This document shows positions 39,695 to 49,481 of a stretch of 64,000 nucleotides of DNA, in pieces (position 1 is the first letter of the stretch; every line of letters begins with the position of its first letter). Where the stretch lies: NCBI GenBank assembly GCA_050013835.1, contig JBEKEM010000003.1, forward strand, positions 73,710 through 137,709, in the 5' to 3' direction. The notes under the pieces were generated by a model. That model did not search any database. It saw only the letters and a list, made by a program, of their open reading frames with translations, and was not told the origin of the DNA. This stretch comes from Acidimicrobiales bacterium. Lineage in GTDB: Bacteria; Actinomycetota; Acidimicrobiia; Acidimicrobiales; Bog-793. The translations under genes and the position numbers were made by a program.

Positions 39695-41499
39695 CACGGG
39701 CGCGAGGAGACGAACTCGACGGCACGGCGAGGCTCCCGAAAGACGCCGTTGGCCTTGGCATCGCGCTCGTCGGGTTCGCCCTCGCGATTCTCACGGCGGA
39801 CGTCGCGCGCGGTGTCGCGCTCGGAATCCACGGAGGCGGTTTCGGGCTCCTCTCGGTCGGTTCGTCAGCGCGCTTTCTCGTTCAGAGTCTCACGGGGCCG
39901 GGCGAACTCGATCCGGTGACAGCTCGGCGCGGCGCCTCCCTCGACGCGCCCGTCTACTGGGCGGTCTTCGGCGTCCTCCTTGTGATCGCGATCGTCGCGA
40001 GCGGTTTCCTCCTCTGTGCCGTGGGACGCGGCGCGAATGCTTCGGACGGGTTCGCCTCGCGATCAGAGCTCACGGCGGTGGCGGGCGTCGACGCGGTCAA
40101 ACGCCAAGCGGCGATCACCCGTCCGTCGCTCACTCCGAAGGAGCTGACACGCGAACAGGTCGGCTATCCCCTCGGCATCTCTCGCCGACCTCGCGGGGTG
40201 GAGCTCGTCGCCTCCTGGGAGACCTCGCTCGAGCTCGTCGCTCCCCCAGGCGGCGGAAAGACCTTGCGGGTCCTCGCCCGCATCCTCCGCCAGCACCCGG
40301 GCCCGTGCCTCGCGACGGCGACGAAGCCCGACCTCTACGAGGTGAGCGCCAAGGCGCGCGAACGCCTCGGCCCAGTGTTCGCCCTCGACCCGGACCGTCT
40401 CGCACCAGCGGCCAAGCCGCTTCGTTGGTCGCCGGTCGTCGGCTGTGAGGACTCGGCCGTCGCCGAGCGTCGCGCCGGCGCGCTCGTCGCGACCGCGGGC
40501 GAGGCAGGCGATCTCCGTTCGGCGAGCTTCTTCCGCCGCTCGGCCATCACCGTCCTTGGCGCCTACCTCCACGCCGCGGCCCTCGACGGCGCGACGATCG
40601 CCGACGTCGTCACCTGGGCCGGCAGTCCCTCCGACCCGGCGCCGCTTCGCATCCTCTCCGAGCACCTCGACGGGCGGGTCGACTGGGGGGCGCGGCTCCA
40701 CCAGCACACCTCTGGCGCCGCAGAGACGACGTCGGGGGTGATGCGCTCGGTCGACCTCGCCCTGGCGCCGTTCCAACACGACGAGGTGCTCGAGCGCTGC
40801 GCCGTCGATGCCGAACACTCCTTCGACATCACCGCGGCGCTCTCGTGTCCGACGACGATCTACGCGCTGGCAAAGGACCGGGGGTCGGCCTCCGCCGGCG
40901 CGGGTCCGCTCATCACCGCGTTCTGCGACGAGCTCGTCGTCGAAGCAGAGCGTGAAGCGACGAAGCGTCCCGGCCGCCGGCTTGATCCACCGCTCCTCGC
41001 CCTGCTGGACGAGGCACCTTCAATCGTCCCGCTTCCAAGTTTGCCGAACCTCGTCGCCGACGGGCGAGGCCGCGGCATCACGACGGTGCTGTCGATGCAG
41101 TCGTTCTCCCAGGCGACCGCGCGCTGGGGATCGACCGGCGCGGCGACGATCCGCAATGCCGCGACCGTGACCGCGGTCTTCGGCGGGTTGTCGGTGGCCT
41201 CGGACCTCGAGGAGCTCTCGCGCCTCTCGGGCACCCGACGGGTGCCGCGTCGATCGTTCAACGAAGGATCGACGGGAGACCGGACGAGCGTCTCGACCTC
41301 GCCGGTCGACGAGGCCGTCCTCACACCCTCGGAGATCCACACGCTCGGCGAAGGCGAGTTGCTGCTCTTCTGGGGGCGGCTGCGACCGGTGCTCGCCTAC
41401 GCGCCCGGCACCTGGGAGGGGAAGGACGCGCAACTGATCGCAGCAGACGAAGCCGCGGCGAAAGCCGCCAACGACCAAGAGAGAGGAACTCGCCCGTGA
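39691..41499 (+). CDS. Type IV coupling protein (VirD4/TraG/TraD-like)
   Basis: Two N-terminal TM helices, Walker A APPGGGKTLRVL and Walker B-like LLALLDEAPS. Confidence 0.8.
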   Translation: MTRARGDELDGTARLPKDAVGLGIALVGFALAILTADVARGVALGIHGGGFGLLSVGSSARFLVQSLTGPGELDPVTARRGASLDAPVYWAVFGVLLVIAIVASGFLLCAVGRGANASDGFASRSELTAVAGVDAVKRQAAITRPSLTPKELTREQVGYPLGISRRPRGVELVASWETSLELVAPPGGGKTLRVLARILRQHPGPCLATATKPDLYEVSAKARERLGPVFALDPDRLAPAAKPLRWSPVVGCEDSAVAERRAGALVATAGEAGDLRSASFFRRSAITVLGAYLHAAALDGATIADVVTWAGSPSDPAPLRILSEHLDGRVDWGARLHQHTSGAAETTSGVMRSVDLALAPFQHDEVLERCAVDAEHSFDITAALSCPTTIYALAKDRGSASAGAGPLITAFCDELVVEAEREATKRPGRRLDPPLLALLDEAPSIVPLPSLPNLVADGRGRGITTVLSMQSFSQATARWGSTGAATIRNAATVTAVFGGLSVASDLEELSRLSGTRRVPRRSFNEGSTGDRTSVSTSPVDEAVLTPSEIHTLGEGELLLFWGRLRPVLAYAPGTWEGKDAQLIAADEAAAKAANDQERGTRP

Positions 41500-42101
41500 G
41501 CACGATTATCGAGGCGACAATCGTCGACCCGGCAGAACGGGACGAGGTGCCGAGGTGCTGGACCAGCGAGGCTCGGGGGTTCGCCGGCAGGTTCAGCTTC
41601 TCCTCGGCGACCCGGCCGTGGAACTGGATGGAGCTCGACGCCGAGGATGCCGACAAGCTCTTCGCGCTCCTCTCGGGCTTTGTCGCCTACTTCAACGCCC
41701 GCTACGGCCAGTGCCCCGAGCAGCGGATCCCGCCGTGCTGGGCGGAGCACGGCGCGCTCGTCGAGGAGCTGACGACGCTCTTCTGGGCGCGCTGGCACGC
41801 CTTCGAGTCGCCGCACGCTTCGATCGGCGGCGCGCAGTACTGGCACAGCTATACCCTTCCCTCCTTCTACGAGCGGATGCGCGGCTGGCTCGGCAACGGG
41901 CTCGTCGCCTGCCAGCACGGGCACCACCGCGACGTCGAGGATCGGCCGGTCGGAACGGCGCGGGCCTGGGAGCTCCGCACTGAGGTCATCGCGTCGCTCG
42001 ACTTCGTACGACGAACCACGAGCCCACGCTCAGCGAAGGATGCCGACAGCCCCACGGGGGTCGTCGTCGCGTTCTTGGGTAAAGAAGAGGAACGACGATG
42101 A
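41496..42101 (+). CDS. DUF4913-like protein
   Basis: WMELDAEDADKLFALLSGFVAYFNARY...IPPCWAEHGALVEELTTLFWARW. This family typically follows the T4CP in actinobacterial ICEs. GTGA overlap with the T4CP gene. Confidence 0.65.
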   Translation: MSTIIEATIVDPAERDEVPRCWTSEARGFAGRFSFSSATRPWNWMELDAEDADKLFALLSGFVAYFNARYGQCPEQRIPPCWAEHGALVEELTTLFWARWHAFESPHASIGGAQYWHSYTLPSFYERMRGWLGNGLVACQHGHHRDVEDRPVGTARAWELRTEVIASLDFVRRTTSPRSAKDADSPTGVVVAFLGKEEERR

Positions 42102-42430
42102 GCCAAGTCGTTCGTCCGGAACGGACCAGTCAGAAGGTCGCCCGGTCACTGCTCGAGCTCGCCGCGGCGCTAACGGATGAGGACACGGATCTGCTGAACG
42201 TGCCGGCAGTTCCCTCAGAAGCAGATGACGGCCACGCGCACGGTATCGGCGTGGGAAGCAACCATGGGCCGGAGCGACTCACGCTCACCGTCGAGGAGGC
42301 GGCGCGATCACTCGGAGTGTCGCGTGCGCATGCTTACGAGCTCGCGGCTCGGGGGGAGATCCCAACGCTCCGCCTCGGAAGGAGAATCCTCGTTCCGCGG
42401 GAGGCACTTGTCCGGATGATGTGTCGCTGA
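42098..42430 (+). CDS. Excisionase-family HTH DNA-binding protein
   Basis: LTVEEAARSLGVSRAHAYELAARGEIPTLRLGRRILVP is a typical Xis/MerR-like HTH. Confidence 0.75.
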   Translation: MSQVVRPERTSQKVARSLLELAAALTDEDTDLLNVPAVPSEADDGHAHGIGVGSNHGPERLTLTVEEAARSLGVSRAHAYELAARGEIPTLRLGRRILVPREALVRMMCR

Positions 42431-42584
42431 CTCGCCCGGATCGTTCAGTCTGGACGATTGGCGCGATTTGGCACTCCGTTCGCGGCCGTCGCACAACGGC
42501 ACCTTGGGGGGCATGTCGGTCGGTACTGTGTTTCGCAGCATGTCTTTCGCCTACTGTCGCCGACGGCCCGCGTAGTAACAACCT

Positions 42585-44525
42585 ATGTCTCAGGACGACT
42601 TCCGCGAACAGTACGAGCGCCTTCGACGTCTCGTAGCAGACGGAGAGCCCCCAGAGCTCAGAGGATTCCTCGCGAACCCGGAGTCAACTACTCGGCCACG
42701 AGCGCTTGGGAGTGTTGTCCCGCTCATCGGCCACCAGATGACACAACGCGGCGACGGGTTGATCGTCCCTGTACGAACACTCGGCGGGCGCCTCGCAGAA
42801 AGCACGATCAAATTCATGACCGCCACCGAGGTCTTCGGCAAGCAGATCCCGAGCGAGATCTCAGGCGGAATCTTCATAGGTGCGCACGATCCGGATGAGG
42901 TGCTAGGAGCTTGTGCTCAAATAATGGGATATCTCTACTTCGAGGCCTCACCGACAGATCAGCAGTTGAATAGGGCTCTCGTTCAATCTTTCTTGGCAAA
43001 TGAGGCTCGCGACCGGGCGATACACCTTCTCGATGCTGAAGAATGGATCTTCCTTGCACCTCAGGCAGTCTTAGCGGTCGCGAAGCTTGCAATCACCATC
43101 GGGCGAGTGCAGTTCGGCAGAACACCGGACCAAGCCCTGGGTGACGCCGTCGCTGCAACTCTTGCAATGGCTGCCGAGCTCAACGTCGGGCCACAAGACG
43201 AGAACGAGCCCACGGTTCTGAACTCAATCAGTCGATCGCTGGTGATGGATCTAGTCGCGAATCAGCTCTTCAACCGAACACTAGACCTCGGAACCGAACT
43301 GGCACGCTGGATGCGGACACGCGAACTTGCCAGGTCGGCGTTTCCAATCGAGACACAGAGATTCGACTCAATGTTTCTCCAAGCAACAGGCACGACTCCC
43401 GACGTGTTGTTTGATGTGAGCTTGGCTCTTCTTCTCGTAGAGCAGCAGACAAAGATTGTCCGAATCGATCGAGGGCTCCTCAGCCAGCTCAACCATCCCA
43501 AGGAACAGATCGAGTCAGCAATTCATCTGATCAGTTCGAAGCCGGATGACGGACTCGCAAGCACTATCCGTCAGGAGGACTCCGACGTTGGTCATCGCTG
43601 GGCCTACAACTGGCTACGGGCATCTCCCGTCATCGTCGATCCAAATGACAACCTCTTGATCCTCGGGCCACCTTTCCTAATAGAGCGTTCCTGCGGGAAC
43701 GCCTTTCATCTTGTTGTCAAAGAGGAGATCAACCGACAAGAGTATGAAGGAGACGCGCTGGCTGCTAGGGAGGCAGAGCGCCTTCGGGGCCAATTCGGTT
43801 GGTATCTCGGTCACGTGGCCGAAGAGTACGCGCTGGACAGACTGTCAAATATTGCATCGCCTTGCGAAGGTCTCCAAAAGCGGTTGTGGCGCGAAAGCGA
43901 GCTGAAGACGTTCTGGCGAACTGGGCGATGCTGCGACGCACTTATCGACGAAGGAGACTGCTGGATCGCCGTGGAAGTGGTTAGCCATCGCGTCTCCAAG
44001 CCGGCAGCCGAAGGGGGTGACTGGGATGTTTTCCAAGGGGACGTCCGGATGACAATCGAGGACAAGGTGCCACAGCTTGATGCGACAATCGGCCGCCTAA
44101 TCCCAAATGGCGGCGCACTTCCTGGTCAAAGAGTCAGAACTCCGGTGCCCAGGTATCAGCCTGTCATCGTTGCCGCGCATGGTTTCCCCTTCAACGCAGT
44201 GATCGCGGAGACCCTTCTCCGCAGGATCAAGGAACTCGCATTGCTGGAGAACGGACTCATATGGCCCCTCTGCGTAATCAGCATTGACGACGTCGAACAC
44301 CTCGAGAGCATCGTTGCCAGTGGTGGAGCCACCCTTGGTCAAATCTTCAGGGAGCGATTCGAGCGCGACGAATACCGGACACCAATGGACTACTACCTGT
44401 CGCGCCGACACGGGCTATGGCGGCCAAAGTCCCTCCATCGGTCCATGGTTCGAGCGTTCGAACAAACCGGTAAAGCACTCGGTCTGGATATTGGCTTGCT
44501 CAGCGGCGAGGGGCCAGAGAGCTAG
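42585..44525 (+). CDS. Large hypothetical protein (646 aa), no recognisable catalytic motif
   Basis: Clean ATG ORF with normal composition in the AT-richer cargo segment. The C-terminal third has a nuclease-fold-like layout (GWYLGHVAEEYALDRL ... CDALIDEGDCWIAVEVVSHR) but lacks the canonical ExK lysine. Confidence 0.7.
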   Translation: MSQDDFREQYERLRRLVADGEPPELRGFLANPESTTRPRALGSVVPLIGHQMTQRGDGLIVPVRTLGGRLAESTIKFMTATEVFGKQIPSEISGGIFIGAHDPDEVLGACAQIMGYLYFEASPTDQQLNRALVQSFLANEARDRAIHLLDAEEWIFLAPQAVLAVAKLAITIGRVQFGRTPDQALGDAVAATLAMAAELNVGPQDENEPTVLNSISRSLVMDLVANQLFNRTLDLGTELARWMRTRELARSAFPIETQRFDSMFLQATGTTPDVLFDVSLALLLVEQQTKIVRIDRGLLSQLNHPKEQIESAIHLISSKPDDGLASTIRQEDSDVGHRWAYNWLRASPVIVDPNDNLLILGPPFLIERSCGNAFHLVVKEEINRQEYEGDALAAREAERLRGQFGWYLGHVAEEYALDRLSNIASPCEGLQKRLWRESELKTFWRTGRCCDALIDEGDCWIAVEVVSHRVSKPAAEGGDWDVFQGDVRMTIEDKVPQLDATIGRLIPNGGALPGQRVRTPVPRYQPVIVAAHGFPFNAVIAETLLRRIKELALLENGLIWPLCVISIDDVEHLESIVASGGATLGQIFRERFERDEYRTPMDYYLSRRHGLWRPKSLHRSMVRAFEQTGKALGLDIGLLSGEGPES

Positions 44526-44839
44526 GCAGGTTGGCCCGGTTAGACGATGCCGATCTGCTTGAGTAGAGAAGGCCAGCATTGGAGGGGTTCGGCTAAATAG
44601 GACGATGTCGGGGCATCGAGGAGTGCCCCTTATCGCCGGGACCGATCGGCACTTTGATGGCAGGCCCCAAATCGTCGATCCGGTACCGTATCGCGGCTGT
44701 GCCGCGAGCACCTGGCTAGTGATCCATCCCGCCGCAGGGGCCAGCCAAACTAGCTCACTTCCCGCCAGAGCATCCCGCCGACCAGTTCGGTAGCGTTAAC
44801 GCCCACCAGCGGAGAAACCGCCGGAACCAGGGGCGTCAC

Positions 44840-47083
44840 ATGGCGATTGCGACGGACTACATCGACCGGCCAGGGCTGAAGCTCTGCTACTCGGCTGCCC
44901 GACTGGCAGTCGAGCGGACGCTTCAGGAAGACGACTCGCTGTTCACCCCGGGTCAACCCATTTGGTCGCTGACCAACATCCGCGACCTCTACGACCGCTT
45001 CGTTCGGCATCCCGATGCCTCTGCTGACACGTTTGAAACGAAATTCCGTCGCCAGTTGAATGGCGCACCAGCGGCAACTATCCAGCTCGCCGGGGAGCTC
45101 CTCTACATCCATTTCCTCGTCCCCGCGGATATGTCGGGCCACGCCAAGCGGACCCTCATCAATGAGGTGCTGTCCTGGTCGCCGAAACCGGTCACCGTTC
45201 CCGACGAGTTGGCGACGACGCTGGACGACGGGTTCGTGACTGCTGGGATGGCCTACAAGATTCGTCGCCCCATGCAGCTGTGGTTCATGCTTGACTTTTA
45301 CAAGAACTGGAAGCAGCTCGAAGACGCAGAGCGAGCCCGCCTTCTCAAGGACCCGTGGGCTTTCAAAACCTGGGTCTGGGATATCCCCCTTCAAGGGGCC
45401 CAGTCCCAGCGAGAGGCCCTTCTGCACATCGTGCACCCCGAGACTTTCGAGGACATCGTTTCGCGGGACCACAAGCGCAAGATCGTCAACGCCTTCCACG
45501 ACCGGATCTCAACCTCCGCCGATGATGTCGACCGACAACTGCTTGAGATCCGACAGAGCCTCACTGCTGAGGCCGGCCACCCGATCAGCCTTTACGTGGC
45601 GCCACTTCGAGGCCGGTGGCTCGACGACCAACCTTCGCCTTCGCCTTCATTATCGGGCTCCCAGCGCACCCCCCAGCGTGCCTGGCTGGTTCGGGGATCG
45701 AACGTAGATGGGCAAGATCTCGTCCCAGACTGGCTGAACCAGAGCTACTGCTCGGTGCGCTGGGTGGAGATCGGCGACGTCCTCCGGGGTACGTCACGAT
45801 CCCAGATCACCAGGCTCGTGAACGACGCGTATCCCGACGATCCTCCGGGCGCCCGTCGGGGCCACGTTGGCAACCTGGACCGCTTCCTGAATCAGATGTC
45901 AGTCGGAGACCTCGTTGTCACTACCGACGGGTCGAAGGTTTACGTTGGCACGGTCACCTCGGACCCCGAGTACCTGAGTGGTGAGCTGGCACCGCGGCGC
46001 CGTCAGGTGCATTGGGCCAACCCAATCTCACCGATCGGGCGAGACGAGCTCTCGGATGCAGCCTTCGCCAAACTGCGGACGCTTCTCACGGTCTCGGAGG
46101 TGACAGACGACATCGCCGAGTACGTCCAATTGGCTGGCATCGGGACCGAGGCCCCGACTGAGCCACCACCCGAGCGCGTCCATTTGCCGCAGCCCGACGA
46201 GGCGTTGACCGAGCGGCTGCTGCTCCCCCAGGAGTGGTTGGCGGAGATCGTCGAGCTTCTCGATGAGAAGCGGCAAGTCGTCTTCTACGGGCCACCCGGG
46301 ACCGGCAAGACTTGGACGGCCATGCGGTTGGTCACCTACCTCACTCAGTCGGGAGGCGAGGTGCTACTGGTGCAGTTCCACCCCTCCTACGCCTACGAGG
46401 ACTTCGTCGAAGGTTTCCGGCCACAGGCGGGCACCGACGGTCCGAGCGTACAGTTCGAACTGGTCCCTGGTCCTCTTCGCCAGTTCGCAGACCTGGCTCG
46501 GGCGGACCGGGCGCATCCTTACATCCTCATCATCGATGAGATCAACCGCGCCAACTTGGCCAAGGTGTTCGGTGAGCTGTACTTCCTGATGGAATACCGC
46601 GATCAATCCGTTGCCCTCCAGTATTCGCCGTCAACGACGTTCACCTTGCCCGACAACCTCTTCGTCATCGGGACTATGAACACCGCCGACAGGTCCATCG
46701 CTTTGGTCGACGCTGCCATGCGCCGGCGCTTCTACTTCATACCGTTCCTCCCGAGCGAGGAGCCCATCAAGGGCTTGCTACGCCGCTGGCTCGAGCGGCG
46801 GGGACTCGACGAGACGCCTGCCGACCTGCTCGAAGAGCTCAACCGTCGGATCGACGACCCGGAGGCGGCCATCGGGCCCTCATATCTCATGGCTCAGTCG
46901 GCGGTCACCCCAGCCGGCCTCAAGCGGGTCTGGCGCCACGCCATCTTGCCGCTACTTGCTGAGCAGTACTACGGGCACCCCATCGACCTCGAACAGCGAT
47001 TCGGATACGACTCGCTGCTTCGAGCGGTGACCGCCCAACCCGAGGCCGAGGGCGGCTTAGTGGAAGATTCTGAGCCCGGGTGA
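44840..47083 (+). CDS. mcrB: McrB-like AAA+ GTPase with ~470-aa N-terminal region
   Basis: FYGPPGTGKTW, HPSYAYEDFVEGFRP, IIDEINRANLAKVFGELYFLMEYR and VIGTMNTADRS. Confidence 0.9.
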   Translation: MAIATDYIDRPGLKLCYSAARLAVERTLQEDDSLFTPGQPIWSLTNIRDLYDRFVRHPDASADTFETKFRRQLNGAPAATIQLAGELLYIHFLVPADMSGHAKRTLINEVLSWSPKPVTVPDELATTLDDGFVTAGMAYKIRRPMQLWFMLDFYKNWKQLEDAERARLLKDPWAFKTWVWDIPLQGAQSQREALLHIVHPETFEDIVSRDHKRKIVNAFHDRISTSADDVDRQLLEIRQSLTAEAGHPISLYVAPLRGRWLDDQPSPSPSLSGSQRTPQRAWLVRGSNVDGQDLVPDWLNQSYCSVRWVEIGDVLRGTSRSQITRLVNDAYPDDPPGARRGHVGNLDRFLNQMSVGDLVVTTDGSKVYVGTVTSDPEYLSGELAPRRRQVHWANPISPIGRDELSDAAFAKLRTLLTVSEVTDDIAEYVQLAGIGTEAPTEPPPERVHLPQPDEALTERLLLPQEWLAEIVELLDEKRQVVFYGPPGTGKTWTAMRLVTYLTQSGGEVLLVQFHPSYAYEDFVEGFRPQAGTDGPSVQFELVPGPLRQFADLARADRAHPYILIIDEINRANLAKVFGELYFLMEYRDQSVALQYSPSTTFTLPDNLFVIGTMNTADRSIALVDAAMRRRFYFIPFLPSEEPIKGLLRRWLERRGLDETPADLLEELNRRIDDPEAAIGPSYLMAQSAVTPAGLKRVWRHAILPLLAEQYYGHPIDLEQRFGYDSLLRAVTAQPEAEGGLVEDSEPG

Positions 47084-48291
47084 TTCTTCAGCTTCGAGAA
47101 TACGGTCCGCCGGTCACCGCGGAACTGAGGCCCGGCCAGGCTCTGGCGCTCCAGCGGTCTCGGGCCGTGACCGTGACCCCATCGGTCGAGCAGCCCGGCG
47201 CTTGGTCGGTGCGAGCCGCCCAACATGTCGGGGTCATCATGGTCGATGAAGAGCTCGAGGTCCGAATCCGCCCGAAGGTGCCCATTGACCGGCTGCTTTT
47301 CTTGGTGACCTTTGCCCGGGACGAGCGAGCCTGGCGCACCGACATCGTGGACCTCATTGTCAAGGACGACCTCGTCGCCTCTATGGGCTGGGCATTCGCC
47401 CAACACGCCGAGGCGGCACTGGCCCGAGGTGTACTTCAAAGCTACGTCCGCTTTGAGGAGGCACTGCAGGGCGTCCGGGGCCGGCTTCGGGAAGGCGACC
47501 AGCTCCGCCGCCACTTCGGGTTGCTTCTGCCGGTCGAAGTGGCCTACGACGACTACACCGTCGACATCGTCGAAAACCGCCTGCTGATGGCGGCATCCAG
47601 GCGTCTGCTCATGTTGCCCGGCCTGCCGGCAATCGTGAGGGCCCGGCTTCGCCACCTCACCGGGCGGCTGGATGGCGTTGGTGAGGTCGAGCGTCACCAA
47701 GTCCTCCAGGGCGTCCAATTCACACGGCTCAACGAGCGCTACCGGCCGGCGGTGCGACTCGCCCAGGCGATCCTCGCGGGGACCTCTCTTGAACAGGGTC
47801 TGGGGGCGTACCAGGGCGTGGCCTTTCTATTCGACATGAACCGGGTCTTCGAGGACTTCGTGACGGAGACACTCGGCCGGACCCTTGAGCGCATCGGCGG
47901 TCGGACCGACGCTCAGTATCCGGGCTTCCTCGATGAACGGGAGGCCATCGACATCAAGCCCGACCTCGTGTGGTGGCAGGGGGGCAAGTGCAGGGCGGTG
48001 ATTGATGCCAAGTATAAAGCGACGCGAGTCGACGAAGTGCCGAACGCGGACGTCTACCAGGCGATGGCCTACAGTCTGGCCTTAGACGTCCGGCCCGCCT
48101 TCTTGGTTTATGCCGCCGGCAACGAGCTACCGGGTGAACACGTCGTCGTCCACAGCGATCTGCGTGTCGTAGTGGCGGCTCTGGACATCTCGGGGGCGCC
48201 AGCCGAGATCGTCGCTTCGGTGGTCGCCGTAGCCAACGAGATTGCAGATCGGACTCGAGCCGGCCCGCTCGTCGGCGTTGCCTCCCACTAA
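47080..48291 (+). CDS. mcrC: McrC-like nuclease subunit
   Basis: Overlaps the mcrB stop. Has the PD-(D/E)xK block IDIKPDLVWW...AVIDAKYK. Confidence 0.85.
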   Translation: MILQLREYGPPVTAELRPGQALALQRSRAVTVTPSVEQPGAWSVRAAQHVGVIMVDEELEVRIRPKVPIDRLLFLVTFARDERAWRTDIVDLIVKDDLVASMGWAFAQHAEAALARGVLQSYVRFEEALQGVRGRLREGDQLRRHFGLLLPVEVAYDDYTVDIVENRLLMAASRRLLMLPGLPAIVRARLRHLTGRLDGVGEVERHQVLQGVQFTRLNERYRPAVRLAQAILAGTSLEQGLGAYQGVAFLFDMNRVFEDFVTETLGRTLERIGGRTDAQYPGFLDEREAIDIKPDLVWWQGGKCRAVIDAKYKATRVDEVPNADVYQAMAYSLALDVRPAFLVYAAGNELPGEHVVVHSDLRVVVAALDISGAPAEIVASVVAVANEIADRTRAGPLVGVASH

Positions 48292-48540
48292 TCCGATCCT
48301 CACCGAGGATGAAAGGGTCGCAAACTGCCAGCTTCTAGGTCCCTGGTGTGGCAGCAGGCGCCGGTATCGCCCACCAGCCCGGGCTGTCGCCCGCGCGTTT
48401 CGGGCGAGGAACACAGATTGACGTTCTCGATCGGCTCTGTGGACCGGACTTCAAAGCCTCATCCGAGTGCAGATTAGACGGCCTCGAGAGTTTGGCGAAC
48501 GAAAGGGATTATTGTTGCTCCACTTCAGCCAGCCCAAACG

Positions 48541-49278
48541 ATGGGCTATCCAAGAGCGAATGCGATGAGTTGGCCCTCCGGACCTCTGCTCGGTTTCGAC
48601 CTCGAGACGACAAGCGCTGACCCGTTCGAGGCGCGGATCGTTTCAGTCGGATTCGCGCACTTCGACAGTGGCGTGAAGACGGGAGCGGCGCACCATCTCG
48701 TCGACCCAGGCGTTCCCATTCCGGCTGGGGCAACCGCGATTCACGGGATCACAAACGCGATGATCGCCAAAAGTGGGCTGACGCTCGCGGAGGGGATCCA
48801 ACTCATCGTCGGATTACTCGAGCGGATGCAAGAGACCAACACTCCGATTGTGGGAATGAACATCGCGTTCGACCTGACGATCGTTGACTGCCTCGCACGC
48901 CGCCTTAACGGCGAGGGACTTCTTGAGCGGGGGTGGCATGGACCCGTCATTGATGTCTGCGTGATTGACCGACATGTCGATAAGTGGAGAGGAGGAAAAC
49001 GGCGCCTTGGCGACCTCTGCACAACGTACGGAGTGACCCTTGACAATGCGCACGAGGCAGAAGCCGACACTGCCGCGAGCGTCGAGGTGTTGCTCGCTCT
49101 TGTTCGAAAATACCCAGATCTCGCTGTTGCCGAGCTAACGAGTCTGATGAGAGATCAGGCGATCTGGCGGCGCGAATGGCACACAGACCTGAGCGCTTAT
49201 TTCGTGAAGCACGGGCGCCGCGCCCTTCCACCTCATGAAGGCGACTGGCCGATCATGCGCAGCCCGGGCGCTTCTTAG
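48541..49278 (+). CDS. DEDDh 3'-5' exonuclease (DnaQ-like)
   Basis: ExoI GFDLETT, ExoII-region HGITNAM/NIAFDL and ExoIII AHEAEADT. The true start may be the ATG at 48565. Confidence 0.8.
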   Translation: MGYPRANAMSWPSGPLLGFDLETTSADPFEARIVSVGFAHFDSGVKTGAAHHLVDPGVPIPAGATAIHGITNAMIAKSGLTLAEGIQLIVGLLERMQETNTPIVGMNIAFDLTIVDCLARRLNGEGLLERGWHGPVIDVCVIDRHVDKWRGGKRRLGDLCTTYGVTLDNAHEAEADTAASVEVLLALVRKYPDLAVAELTSLMRDQAIWRREWHTDLSAYFVKHGRRALPPHEGDWPIMRSPGAS

Positions 49279-49481
49279 TCGGAGCCGCAGGTCGGTACGC
49301 ACGCCGCCGCTGCAAGTCGTCGGTCAGGCCCGCGCGCGATGAACAGATCGCACGTCAACGGGAAGCCCGGGCTTTCGTCCGCTCCGAACATATGAGTACC
49401 GGTTACCGGACCCACTCCCCCGAGCGAACCGAGGGGACGTCGGTCCAGTCCGTTTAGAGATCGCCGTGAAAGACTGTCTGA

